Of a stretch of DNA of 64,000 bases, positions 25,030 to 37,519 are shown one piece after another; positions within the stretch are counted from its first letter, which is position 1; each line of letters begins with the position of its first letter. The stretch is from Octopus sinensis. Its lineage: Eukaryota. A program made the position numbers and the translations under genes. Where the stretch lies: NCBI RefSeq assembly GCF_006345805.1, contig NC_042998.1:77624001-77688000 (forward strand). The letters run 5' to 3'. Under the pieces are notes generated by a model that saw only the letters and a list, made by a program, of their open reading frames with translations, ran no database searches and had not been told where the DNA came from.

Positions 25030-26575
25030 GCATCACCTTTATCTTTGTAGCAGTTGCTTCTACACCAGTCATTGGGTACGACTCCTTCGTGAACCACTTG
25101 ATTTACAATACGAGTGACTACACCATAACCCACACAGCTAGATATTTTAAGCATCACAGCGGTGATTCGTGAAGGGCAGGGGCGTTCCCTCTCTTCATAT
25201 CTTTAATTGCTTTATCTACCAAGGTACCCTCGATTTGGGTAGCTGGTCCCTCAATTGGGTCAACATTTGGCAGACTTTCCTCCATCCATTCATTCTCTAC
25301 CTTCAGCAATCTTTCATAATGACATTTCCCGGCCTTTCTATGCAGAATCATTAAATATAAGTACACAATCATCTATGCCGACACATTTCTCTCCTTTGAC
25401 ACCTCAAGTTTCTCTCATATACTGTCTTGTGAGCCGAAATACTTTAGTTATTTGGTTCTCACGTCGCTGAACATAGACAAACTTCTTTTCTGCTTCTCAG
25501 TTAGATACACCTGTCTCCTAGCTTCCCTTCAGACTGTCTAATACAGTTCCCTGCTACACCCACACTTCCAGGCTTGCTTCTTTGCTCTAATGGCACTGCC
25601 TGCAGCATCGTTCCACCACAACGTTTCCCTAGGTCTCCATGGGACTTTGCACCAGCCGCATATATGGTCCCGCAGAATTCTTAGTTCTCCTGTATGTCAC
25701 AAGTCTGTAACTCCTCCTACTTCTCATTAAATTTCTCAATTAGGATGTCTCTAAATCTCTGACCATATGAAGGTTAATTAAGCTACCAAATCTTTATTTT
25801 CCAGATTGGTCTGCTTCTTGGCATCCTTCTGGCCTGGAGTTTTATGTCACTAATGACTAGTCTATGCTGGGTGGGGGGGTACTTTCTTCACCAGTGCGGG
25901 ACTTTGTATTCAAGAGCAACCACACATACCACTGTCTGGTGAGAATGAAATCTATCGGGGAAGCAGAATCACCTGATTGTTAGCTTATGTGGTTGGCTAG
26001 CTTCCTGAAGTTGGTGTTACTGATCAACAGTTTATTTGCATCGCAGAACTCCAACAGCCTTGTTCCCTTTTCTTTTGGGGAACTAAATCTATGGCCCCTA
26101 TGGAACCATGTAAGATACCACGTTGCTGTCCGACATACCCATCGAAATACCCAGCCACGAAGATAAGATCATTGTTACTCGCCTATGAGGTAGCCTGCAG
26201 AAGAATTTCATAAAAGTGCTCCTTCTGTTCATTCGGTAGGCCCGCTTGTGGGGCATAGGCAGAGATAATTTTCACTATACTATTCTACAAGACTAGCTTG
26301 AAGTTAAGCACTTCATCGCACACTCTGACTACCTCTAATGACCTTATTCACCCATTTCTCTGCAAGAAGTATGCTCATACTACGAACCCCGCCACTGTTA
26401 CGTTCCCAGAGGATTTTTATACCTATTTGTCTTGCCTGTAAGGAACCTGGTTGAAGCCTCTCCCAACCTTACCCCTTGGACGCAACATATATCAATACGC
26501 CTCCGTTCAAGCACCTCAACAATCTCGCCACACCTATCTTTCAATGTGCCTACACTGACAGTGCTAACTCTGAAA
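25030..26575 (-). mobile_element. Decayed RTE LINE fragment (APE to start of RT)
   Basis: Collinear by eye with 60000-61570, e.g. EWMEESLPNVDPIEGPATQIEGTLVDKAIKDMKRGNAP versus EWDKKSLPNVDPTEGPAIRVDSSLVVKAIRSMKTGKAP. Confidence 0.8.
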
Positions 26576-26857
26576 ACTGGAAAAGGGACATGGGAAGGAG
26601 CATGGGAAGGGGTATGGTACTAATCACTAGAAAAAGACGGGTTCGGTGATTGTTTGATAACAGCCATGTCATATCAGTTGTTCTCGCGTTAATCTATCAT
26701 CATTCAAGCATGTTAAAATTGTTAACCTTATTGGGGGTGATTGCAATGTAAGCGTTACACAGATACGTGTTATGAGCGTTGTAAATGGAAGCGATAATGC
26801 TGCAAGCTCCCTCATTGCTATGGTCAAATTATTGAAACAAATAATAGAATAAAGAAC

Positions 26858-26917
<60 letters not shown>

Positions 26918-26973
26918 TATACATGCATATATATATATATATACATGCATATATATACATGCATACACACACA

Positions 26974-27060
<87 letters not shown>

Positions 27061-27764
27061 GCATGTATCATTTAACTACTGTAGCAATTTAATAATATTT
27101 AATAAGGCTGCAATTTACTCACATGTAGCATCTTTCAGACCTTGTCGCTAATTCAGTTAACAGTTTGCAAGAGGACTGGTCCTTAGCTACATTTTGTCTT
27201 AAAAAAAATTGAGATTTGATCCAGTAGAAAAAAGTTTACATCAAAATATGTACCAACGTTATGAGAAAGTATGCAACGCACCCAATCAAGTTTAGATCTA
27301 AATACCTATTTTTATTTTAAAAGCAAAATGTATTTAACCTAGCTTTAATAATAGGAGAAAGCATGAAAAATGTCATAGTTTTATTCCCGTGGAACAAAAA
27401 ATTGTATCAAAAAAGCTGTGAGAACTTTTTTATTTAAGAAAATAAACTATATTTTAATAAGGCTTAAATGATAGAGCTCAGTTCGAGAAATTTCATGGTA
27501 TCAATCTCATGCATTCAAGTTTTGAAAGAAAAATGTTATGAGAGTTTCTTTCTCAGATTTGGGGGTGATAATATAGTGCTATACTTTTTTTATGAATATA
27601 TTTCTATAAGGGGATTTTTAATATACCAAACACACCACTAATTGATGCATTTGACTCATTATTAAATAGCATAATGGTATAGCCTGAAAAAAAAGAAACA
27701 TGGATTACATGGGAAAATGCGAGCAAGAAAAATATTACAGGACAACTTATTACACTTGGAAAAG

Positions 27765-28182
27765 GGATCTTTTCGATTAGAACGGCATTTTTTTCTAGCG
27801 GTGTCATATGAAATTGTCACCCATAATTATGACCCTAGTATCGATCTATTGCATTTCAATCTGTTTTAGGGTTAGGGTTAGGGTTAGGGGTGGGGGAAGG
27901 GTATCTTTTTTTCTTCACAAATGTAAATAAACCCAATATGTTTCTTAAACGAGGGACATATTCATACGGCACAGAAAGTTTTTCCCCTCAATAGACGGTC
28001 ATTGCTTGAAATTTTAGAAATTGAAGAAAAAAACCCCAAATATCTTACAAACTATAGAATTTTCTCAATAAAGCCAAGAGAAAAAGATGTTTTATAAACA
28101 CATTCTATCAGTATAGGAAGTTTAAAATTTTTTAGTTACCTAGAAATTATGTTAAAAACTGCCGTTCAAACCGAAAAGATCC
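27765..28182. mobile_element. 418-bp MITE, ~28-bp TIRs, 8-bp TSD
   Basis: Ends GGATCTTTTCG...AACGGCA.TTTTT on both sides. An exact TSD TGGAAAAG lies at 27757-27764 and 28183-28190. It contains (TTAGGG)4. Confidence 0.85.
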
Positions 28183-28543
28183 TGGAAAAGTTCAGGACAA
28201 CATATTACATCTGGTGTAGTATAGAGCAAGAAAACTTTTACTTAAAATATTGCAGCTAAGGATAAAGTTTGAATACTAAAAATTATTTGATTTTAATTTA
28301 CAAAGTAAATAAAAAAGATACCATCATTTTGTTAAAGTATTGACACACTAGAATACCCAAAAACTGAGAGCCAGAAGTACCAACATAGCTAAAGTTTTAT
28401 GCAAAGTAGATACTTATATATTGTACGCAAATTCCTAATGTAAAGGATAGGCATTGGGTTAAGACTAAAAATGTGAAGACTTGGAAATAACTTGTGAATT
28501 TGTTGTTATAGATATATTTTACTGTAATATATAACTACTATCT

Positions 28544-28922
28544 AAGACGGCAAGCTGGCAGAAATGTTAGCACGCCGGGCTAAATGTTTACCGGTATTTT
28601 GTCTGCCGTTACGTTCTGAGTTCAAATTCCGCCGAGGTCGACTTTGCCTTTCATCCTTTCGAAGTCGATAAATTAAGTACCAGTTACACACTGGGTCGAT
28701 ATAATCGACTTAATCCGTTTGTCTGTCCTTGTTTGTCCCCTCTGTGTTTAGCCTCTTGTGGGTAGTAAAGAAATAGGTATTTCGTCTATTTTTACGTTGT
28801 GATTTCAAATTCTGCTGAGGTCGACTTTGCCTTTCATCTTTTCTGTGTTGTACTGGGGTCGGTCTTATCGACTGGCCTCCTCCCCCAGATTTTCAGGTAT
28901 TTTGCCTAGAGTAGAAAAGAAT
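28544..28922 (+). mobile_element. S1 SINE with internally duplicated core
   Basis: Same two-core organisation as 47009-47403 (+) and 44332-44636 (-). Confidence 0.85.
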
Positions 28923-29287
28923 ATATAACTAATTTCTGTATTACCCCATCGTACTATATACAAATGTTATTTTCAAATTTCTAATTATTGATTAATAATT
29001 AAAAAAATGAAATTCTTTAAAGTGCAAAATTGTTTTAATTGAGTTACTTTTTATTTCTAATAGAAGTAACAAGTAATAACAAATAGAAGTAATAACTTGT
29101 AATAAAATTTTTAGTTTTAATAAAACCGAATATTTTCTAAATCTAAATATTTTATTCGAAATTTTATACTTAGCTTCACTATTTGTAATCACTTGTCCCG
29201 TAAATTTCCAGGTTTATAATCTTAAGAATATTATTTCTCTTACTTGCATTTTCCCAGATAATGTACACACACAAACACACACACACA

Positions 29288-29370
<83 letters not shown>

Positions 29371-29741
29371 GTTATGTCGTTGTGTTTGTTACCCACTACC
29401 GTTCGGCAACCAGCGTTGTTGTGCTTATGTCCCCGTATTCTAGCCCTTTCGCAAAAAGGGACCGATAGAATTAGTACCAAGTTTAAAATAAAAATAGTAA
29501 TGGGATGGATTCGTTCGACTGAAATTCTTCGAAGAGTTGCTCGAGCATGGCCGGATTTTTATGACTGAAATATGTAATGCTCGAAATGAGGAGTAGATAG
29601 ACAGCCGACAACTGATGAAAGGGTTTTACTTTGTTTTACTTATCCTGTTTTCCATTTCTTGTCTCTCGTTATTGGCGTATTTAACACGCTTGTTTTCGTA
29701 CTTCAATTTGTTTACAGTTGGTGACGTTCAGTACCCATATA

Positions 29742-29826
<85 letters not shown>

Positions 29827-29896
29827 TTTATATTTTATATATATACATATATATCATTTATATATATATATGTGTGTGTGTGTGTGTGCGTGTGTG

Positions 29897-29935
<39 letters not shown>

Positions 29936-29950
29936 TGTGTGCTTGTGTGT

Positions 29951-30217
29951 GGAGGCGCAATGGCTCAGTGGTTAGGGCAGCAGACTCGCGGTCGTAGGAT
30001 CACGGTTTCGATTCCCAGTGAGTGCTTATTGAGCGAAATCACCTAAAAGCTCCACGAAGCTCCGGCAGTGGGTGGTGATCCCTGCTGTACTCTTTCACCA
30101 CTCTTTCTCTCACTCTTTCTTCTGTTGGCCTGCTCGTCGTTCGAAAGCTAAAACAATGCGAACGCATTGTGACCAGCGTTGTGTAGCAACATCTGATGGC
30201 TTGGTCGGTCACGTGAT

Positions 30218-30225
<8 letters not shown>
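29951..30225 (+). mobile_element. tRNA-derived SINE (family S4)
   Basis: Pol III A box TGGCTCAGTGG (29961-29971) and B-box-like GGTTTCGATTCC (~30004), followed by a non-tRNA body and (TA)n. Confidence 0.75.
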
Positions 30226-30281
<56 letters not shown>

Positions 30282-30284
30282 TAT

Positions 30285-30765
30285 AACTTAGATAAACTTA
30301 GATAAACTTAGATGTGTTTCGACCAAAGGTTGGTCCAGGCCATGTCTAACTTAATAGCACCACCTGATAGGATTATTTGAATCCTGTTTAAGTCAAGTTT
30401 TGTTTATGGTCCATTCAAGTAGTGAGTTTTTGTTGGGTGAGTTGTATCCAATTATGGGTGGTTTATCTGGTATTCCTTGAAGGAATCTATCGAGACTCCG
30501 TTTAAAGTTGATGGGATGCTTTTCCTCTTTGATCTCTTTCGGGACAATGTTAAATAGGGCAGGGCATGTTGAGGAAAAGAAATTATGTTGCAGTGTACAT
30601 ATATGCTGTGATCTTGAATTGGGCAGGGGACGTATGGCCCGTGGTCCCAGTCTTGGATGAACCTTGAAGCTAATGTTCAGGTCGTTTGGGCAAAGTTGGC
30701 GGTATATTCTCCACATCGTACAAATGATGTACCTCTCACGGCGACGCTGGAGAGAGTAGTACAAA
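30285..30765 (-). mobile_element. CR1-like LINE 3' end
   Basis: SLQRRRERYIICTMWRI...CPALFNIVPKEIK...FKRSLDRFLQGIPDKP...NSLLEW is the typical CR1/L2-group ORF2 C-terminus. A short UTR and a tandem TAAGTTTATC-type tail follow. Confidence 0.8.
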
Positions 30766-31384
30766 TGTCTATTTATACATACACACATACATAGACATAT
30801 ATATATACATACAGAGAGACCCAGAGAGAGAGAAACAGAGAAAAGGAGAGTAAGTGATTTACGCAACCAACTAGAAATGTAGGAAAATAGAGGATATAAG
30901 AGGTTTCAATTAAAAAGACTAACATTTGGGAGGTATGAACTTTAAAAGTTACTCTTAATTGTCCATAAATCTCTATTAATTTTGGGAGTGTTTTTCGCAA
31001 ATGTGTAACAATTTACCATGCTTTCCTAGTTTAATTAAAACAATTAAATTCAGAAACAGTTACAATTAGAAGCTGTCAACTAAACCATTCCTATAAATTA
31101 TAAATAACACCATTTTTTACAATTTTTTTTTCTAAGTAATGTAATTAATCACAAATAAGTATCAGATATATTATGAACTAATAAAAAGCAAGTGCAAGTA
31201 CTAACTGGCACAGGCATATATTCATACACGATGTATAAGCCTGTGCACCTACCCATATATATATATATATATATATATACATATGCATACATTCTTTTAT
31301 TTGTTTCACTCATTTGACCGCGGCCATATATATGTATTTTTCTGCCCTTAACCGTCCAACGCCGAGTATAGGCCACTTATAATT

Positions 31385-31880
31385 GAATTCCATGTCGCAT
31401 AATTTTTCGCTTCTGTACTTATACTCTGCCATGAATGTCCCCCTTTCTCTAGTTCCTTTTGTAATGATCTACGCCATGAGTTCTTACCTTACCTTTCTTT
31501 CTACATCCATCGGATTCCACTGTAAAGCACTTTTCGCTACATTTGGTGTGTCTTTTCTAATTGTGCTACCAATCCACTTCCACTTTTTCCTAAATATTTG
31601 TTCCCTAATCGAAACTTGATTTGTTCTTTGCCATACCTCCATATTGCCTATGTGTTCGGGCCATCTAATTTTAAGTATACTACGCAAGCAGCTGTTGATG
31701 AATGATTGTAATTGCTTATTTCACTTAACTGTTGTTCGCCATGTTTCAGCCCTATACAATAACACCGCTTTTACGTTAGTGTTAAAAATTCTTATGTTCT
31801 TTATTGAAATTACTCTTGCGCTCCATACTTTTTTAACAGGTGAAAAGCGGTCCTTGCCTTACTTAGATAGACATGATGAA
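31385..31880 (-). mobile_element. RTE-type LINE ORF C-terminal fragment
   Basis: IFNTNVKAVLLYRAETW...LRSILKIRWPEHIGNMEVWQRTNQ...RKKWKWIGSTIRK...ALQWNP. Confidence 0.75.
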
Positions 31881-31938
31881 TGAGAGAGTGTAACATAAAG
31901 TTCGATACACACACACACATGTATATGATGAACTCTCC

Positions 31939-32004
<66 letters not shown>

Positions 32005-32024
32005 ATATATATAATATATATATT

Positions 32025-32553
32025 AACAGAATGAGATAAAAGATCCAAGGTTGTGAAAGATTTCAGAACATTTATAAAGAGGTTTTACTGCTGTTTCCGG
32101 GATAATTTATATACCCCGTCATCAGAGATGGTGCGAGAAAATGGCTAAGCAATAGTTATTATAGAGAAGATATGAAATACAGACTAAAGTGGAGGAAGGA
32201 AAATAGAAGTGAGATACGTAAGGATATTGTATCCGTAGTTTTATTATTTGAGCAGAATAATGTGTGTGGGTTCCAATGCTGTTTAAGGTACAGGAAACTT
32301 ATATATACACCATTCTGCTCTAATAATAAAACTACGGATACAATATCCTTACGTATCTCACTTCTATTTTCCTTCCTCCACTTTAGTCTGTATTTCATAT
32401 CTTCTCTATAATAACTATTGCTTAATCATTATTTTGTCGCACCGTCTCTGATGAAATGATAAATAAATTATCCTGGAAACAGCTGTAAGACCTCCTCTTT
32501 ATAAATGTTCCGGAATCTTTCATGGCCTTAGATATTTTTTATCTCATTCTGTT
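32025..32553. repeat. Fold-back element, ~235-bp arms, each carrying an outward-reading hammerhead motif
   Basis: 32025-32260 is the reverse complement of 32311-32553, and the ORF track shows the same peptide on both strands. Same family as 54300-54410. Confidence 0.85.
32444..32491 (+). ncRNA. Minimal type I hammerhead (mirror copy at 32082-32129, minus strand)
   Basis: GTCT-CTGATGA-(stem II)-GAAA-CAGCTG-TA-AGAC, with perfect 4-bp stem I and palindromic stem III. Confidence 0.7.
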
Positions 32554-32924
32554 TTTTTTTATATATATGCATGCTAATATATGACATAAGTTGAATTCCT
32601 CATTCTTATAATCATCGAACCTGGAGCTTAACTATAGTCTGTCCATAGTACTTACTCAGCATTACCTGACACTTTTGGGCCTTCTTGACAAGTATGGTGT
32701 TGAATGAAACCACAGATTAGTGAAGATATATAGCAAAAGCTCAATTTATAATCGAATTTTAGTAAATTTTTGGAGTAGCTGACGAAGCAAAAATCTCTAT
32801 GGAGCATATGACGTTGTCTGTATTTAGAGAAAAACATACCCTACATTAGCCATCATTTGAAAATTCTCGGAACTCATCGTCCCAAGAAAATCTCCTAACT
32901 CATCGTCCTAACAATACATACATA

Positions 32925-33108
32925 GGCTTGAAATTTTTGCAGAAGGTCAACAATTTTTGTGGTAGTGTTTAAGTCGATTAATGCTCAACAAGTACTTATT
33001 TTATTTACCAAAACAGCGGGGGAGGCAAAGTAGACCTCGGTAGAGTTTGAGCTCAGATTGTAAAGATGGACGAAATACGAATAGGTATTTCGCCCGGCGT
33101 GCACGACA
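32925..33108 (-). mobile_element. Diverged S1 SINE
   Basis: GGCAAAGTAGACCTCGGTAGAGTTTGAGCTCAGA...GACGAAATAC...TTTCGCCCGGCGTG is the reverse complement of the S1 core. Confidence 0.65.
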
Positions 33109-34507
33109 GGCTGCATTTGTCCTTGCAAACTGAATTTTCGTTTGTATCGACCCACGATGTATGAAAGAGAATGAATAAATATTTTAAAATTTGCTCACAG
33201 AATTTAAAAGACATCACTCTATTTCATAATTGTTAGGTCATAAATATATGTAGTGTCTCTTTATCGATGAGAGGACACAGGTCTTTTCAGTGATGGGAGG
33301 ACACAGGTCACATTATCTTTCAACTCGATTGCATTATTAAATTGAAATTCCGAGCCTGAATTATAATCGATGTAAACGGTTTAACAAAACGGTCGGAAAA
33401 CAAATGTAGACACGTTCTTAGTGAATATCACGACGTAATTTATATATGCTATTTCATAATATATCATTGTTCTCTTCCGACTTTATCTCTCTACATTTAC
33501 ACACGCCTCTCTCTCTCACTTTCTCACACACAAACACACACACACACTCTCTCTCTCTCTCTCTCTCTCTCTCCCGTATATCTAACAGCATACCAATCTC
33601 TAACAGGGTATTGAACTGAAAATCCGAAAGTATATATATAACTCTATATGTAAACCCGTGAACAAATGTGATCATGTGTGCTTCTATCTGTATCTGCGTG
33701 CCAGTGTGTTTATGATAGTATACATCCCCCCACACATACCCCACATACATACACACACAGACGCACACACAACATTTATATATGTGTATATATATGCAAT
33801 TACATACTTAGATAGATAAATATATACCTACCAACATACATACAAAGATTCATACATATATACATACATACTTACATACATGCATACATACATGCATAGA
33901 TATATACATACATACATACATACATACATACATACATACATACATACATACATACATACATGCATACCTACATACATACATACATATTCATACACAAATA
34001 TATAGGCACGTAGACTGACAAAATGAAAGAATGGATAATTTTAATTTACTGAATAATTAACGAGCAAGCTAATGAAAGCAATAATTTAAAAGAAACAATG
34101 TAAAATAAACTCGGAAAAATTGGCTCATACTATTTACAATTTAAAATAAAGACAACTTACTTCATCGTAATAACATACGTTACTGATGGTTTTTCTCTGT
34201 TCGACAACTGACATACGTTACTGGATTGTTGATAAATGGCATATCTCTGTCAGTATGATCTGTGAGGTAAAAAAAAAAATCTGTAAAAGACGTCTGAAGG
34301 AGAAAAATATGTATTATGTATTATGTGTCCCGTCAGCAACAAACTTGAATAAATGTATGGTGAGGTGTACTGTAACAAAACAGAATTGTGAAAAACAGTT
34401 TCTTAAAAGGTTAGCAATACGCATTTGAATGCTGTGAGTGTGAGTATATACATACATATACACATATCCGTTTGCTTTTATGCATATTTATATACATACA
34501 CAAGTGT

Positions 34508-34826
34508 GAGGGCGCGTGGCTTAGTGGTTAGGGCATTCGGCTCATGATCGTAAGGTTGTGAGTTCGATTCCCGGCGACGCGTTGTGTCCTTGAGCAAGAC
34601 ACTTTATTTCACGTTGCTCCAGTCCACTCAGCTGGCAAAAATGAGTTGTACTTGTATTTCAAAGGGTCAGCCTTGTCACTCTCTGTGTCACGCTGATTAT
34701 CCCCGAGAACTACGTTAAGGGTACACGTGTTTGTGGAATGCTCAGCCATTTGCACGTTAATTTCACGAGCAAGCTGTTCCGTTGATCGTATCAGCTGGGA
34801 CCCTCGTCGTCGTAACCGGCGGAGTC
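34508..34826 (+). mobile_element. tRNA-derived SINE (family S5)
   Basis: A box TGGCTTAGTGG, B box GAGTTCGATTCC, then the conserved SINE central-domain-like GTGTCCTTGAGCAAGACACTT...TTGCTCCAGTCCACTCAGCTG. Confidence 0.8.
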
Positions 34827-35036
34827 TTGTTACATACACACATGCACACAGACACACACTCATGCATATATGTCTATGTGAGTTCGTGTGATAAGAAGTT
34901 TATTTGTAAACGACATGGTTCGGAGTTAACTCTCACTGCGAGAAACCTTGGGTAACTGTCTTCAACGATAACTTCTTACTAAACAAAGTCATGTGAGTGG
35001 ATCTGGTGGACAGAAACTGAAATTGAAAGGAGGCCG

Positions 35037-35103
<67 letters not shown>

Positions 35104-35110
35104 TATATAT

Positions 35111-35178
<68 letters not shown>

Positions 35179-35448
35179 ATGTATGTATATATATATATGT
35201 ATGTATGTTGCCTCCGAAGCCACCGAAGCTGGCTTGTTTAGAGTCCCGTAATCCGGCGGTTCGGTAAAAGCAAAAGGAGTAGCACGCTTTGAGAAAATAA
35301 GTACTGTGTTTTATTTGCTCAACTCAACTCTTCAATACGGTGCCCCAGAAAAACCGTTGACAGATGACTGAATCTAATAAAAGATATTGTATGCGTGCGT
35401 GTGTGTTTATAAGTATATATGTATGCATATATATAAATACATATATAA

Positions 35449-36037
35449 AGGGTGCGATAGGTAAATTGTCGCCATTGTATATTTTTACTTTCACGCATGC
35501 GCATTGCTTGTTTTTGATTTTGTCGACTACAAAGTATAGTAGGATTAGTTGGGCACTGTCTGTGAGAAAAATAGTACCATGATGCATTTGTCTCTGCCAG
35601 AAATTTGGAAACGACATGCTGTTCTGCTTGGCCTTGGCACCGAAAGCTCCAATATGGATATTTCAGGATGTTTGAGTGTCAATATTTGGACAATGTAGAG
35701 GGTACAGAAAACGTTGGCTAAATTTAATGGGGATTACAAAGGTACAGTAGCCTGGATGAATCTAATTGTGATTACGAAGGTTATCGCTAGGGTTGTGGTG
35801 TTATACCTCCATTCACCTTACCACACGGCCTCAGATTCAACACGGAGGCCTACATCAAGTGCCTGGAGAAGGTAGTGCTGCCCTGGGTCAAAAGGGTGTC
35901 TGCTGGAAAACCCTATGTCTGGCAACAGGCCTCAGCATCATGTCACACACGCAGGAGAATCCAGTTACGGCTGTCAGACAATTTCCGCGACCACATCACC
36001 TCTAACATCTGGCCACCTAACTCGCCAGACTGCATAA
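35449..36037 (+). mobile_element. Internally deleted Tc1/mariner transposon, maT (DD37D)-like
   Basis: Left end AGGGTGCGATAGGTAAATTGTCG. LPWVKRVSAGKPYVWQQASASCHTRRRIQLRLSDNFRDHITSNIWPPNSPDC matches the WQQDSAP..H...WPPNSPD catalytic region. Confidence 0.8.
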
Positions 36038-36152
36038 ATTTACAATATTCCTACACATATAACATATTATACTTTACATATATAATATATGAAATATAAA
36101 ATACGATTAATTATTAAAATATATAATGTAGAGCATAGAAAGTAGAATAGTA

Positions 36153-36279
36153 TCTTACAGCTGATTCAGTGAGGAGGCCCTAGTACTCCACTTTACTTCC
36201 ATCCCATCCCATCAGGGAACTGAAGTATTTGGTTTATAAGATTAAGGTACTTGGGTGGGCCTCTGGGCTTCGTCAGAGA
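36153..36279 (-). ncRNA. Hammerhead-like motif with ~100-nt stem II insertion, probably marking the PLE 3' end
   Basis: Minus strand TCT-CTGACGA-AGCCC...GGGCC..-GAAT-CAGCTG-TA-AGA. GAAA reads GAAT. Confidence 0.45.
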
Positions 36280-36642
36280 ATTTAGGAAGTTCATAAGGTT
36301 AAGTCATAAATATAAATACACACATATATATATGCTGGGAATGGGGAGGAGGTTATTGTCAGTCTCGTAATCTAATTAGTCATCTATTGTTTTGAAAATC
36401 CATGACTTTGTTATGGTTAGTTAATGGACAACCGATAACATAAACAACAAATTAGGCAAAAATATACATTAAAATATATATATATAAATCAAAACAAAAC
36501 AAAACCCAAATAATCCAAGGCTATCTTGGTAGGATAGTAAAAGTCAATAATGAAATTATGATAGGGACTTGGGTCTATAATATTGTATTAAATTAAGTTA
36601 AGGTATGTTAAATTACACAATATATAAGATAAATGTGGATGA

Positions 36643-36681
<39 letters not shown>

Positions 36682-37519
36682 TAAAATTTATTTTATCTGA
36701 CAAAATGTCTCAAATGCAAGACTCTATGTAATAGTGTTGGGTCACTAAAATAATAAATCCATCGGTCATTCAGTCCTCTACGTTATATATCTTAATAATT
36801 ACTGGTATTTTATAGTGTATATATTATATATGTAAAGCATAATATGTTATATATGTATGTATATTGTTATAATTGTTTTTTTTTTTAAATAAATAGTCAT
36901 AATATAATGTCTACAACTTGAGGAATATCACCTCTTGATCCCCTCCATTTTCTTAATGCTGAATAAATTAAGAGAAAAACAACTTTTTCCCCTCACCCAT
37001 TTACTACTTTCAGTAGTGTAATTATCATGCAATAAAAAAAACCCACTTATGTATTAATAATTGGGTAGTCAACCAGCAGTAAGTATTTTGATAGATATTA
37101 TCGCTTAGTTGGTTCGATTCACAACCTCTAACTCTCTTGGAAATATATATATTATATATATATATATATATTATATATATATATAGATAAGAAAGTTTGT
37201 TTGGTAAAGCACGTGGGTGAATATATAAGAAAATAGTAAAGTGTGAAAAAACGACAGAAGGCTTAAATGTTATAAAATATATTATTTGTGTCAAAATGTC
37301 TGGAGAATATTGGAAAAATTTTTTTCCTTTCCTTAAAATGACATAATTTAAAAATTTTTAAAGAAATTACCTACCGTTCGCGTGTAGCTTTTCAAATTTC
37401 TTGTGACGTTATGTTTATATTGTATGGAATTATCGTTGTTTTTATTTCCAGGAGATTTCTAAATAAGGGGAGGTAGTGAGTGATTTTTTTCCGGTGTAGG
37501 GGAGATAATCGCTTACAAA

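Noticed and set aside
24884-25072. ORF apparently fusing an RTE segment to a GIY-YIG C-terminus
   Set aside because: It is a chance in-frame junction between two adjacent decayed elements. It is only 62 aa and has no catalytic core.
26664-26858. Short stretch open on both strands (plus: PCHISCSRVNLSSFKHVKIVNLIGGDCN...)
   Set aside because: No recognisable homology and weak splice context, so it cannot be supported as an exon.
27866-27889. Possible chromosome end or fusion scar
   Set aside because: There are only four units, and they lie inside a TSD-flanked MITE.
29951-30020. tRNA-like sequences here and at 34508-34575
   Set aside because: They have A/B boxes but no complete cloverleaf, and each continues into a SINE body, so they are SINE heads rather than tRNA genes.
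32159-32411. Two 79-aa ORFs with the same N-terminus on opposite strands
   Set aside because: This is a consequence of the DNA palindrome. There is no protein-family signal.
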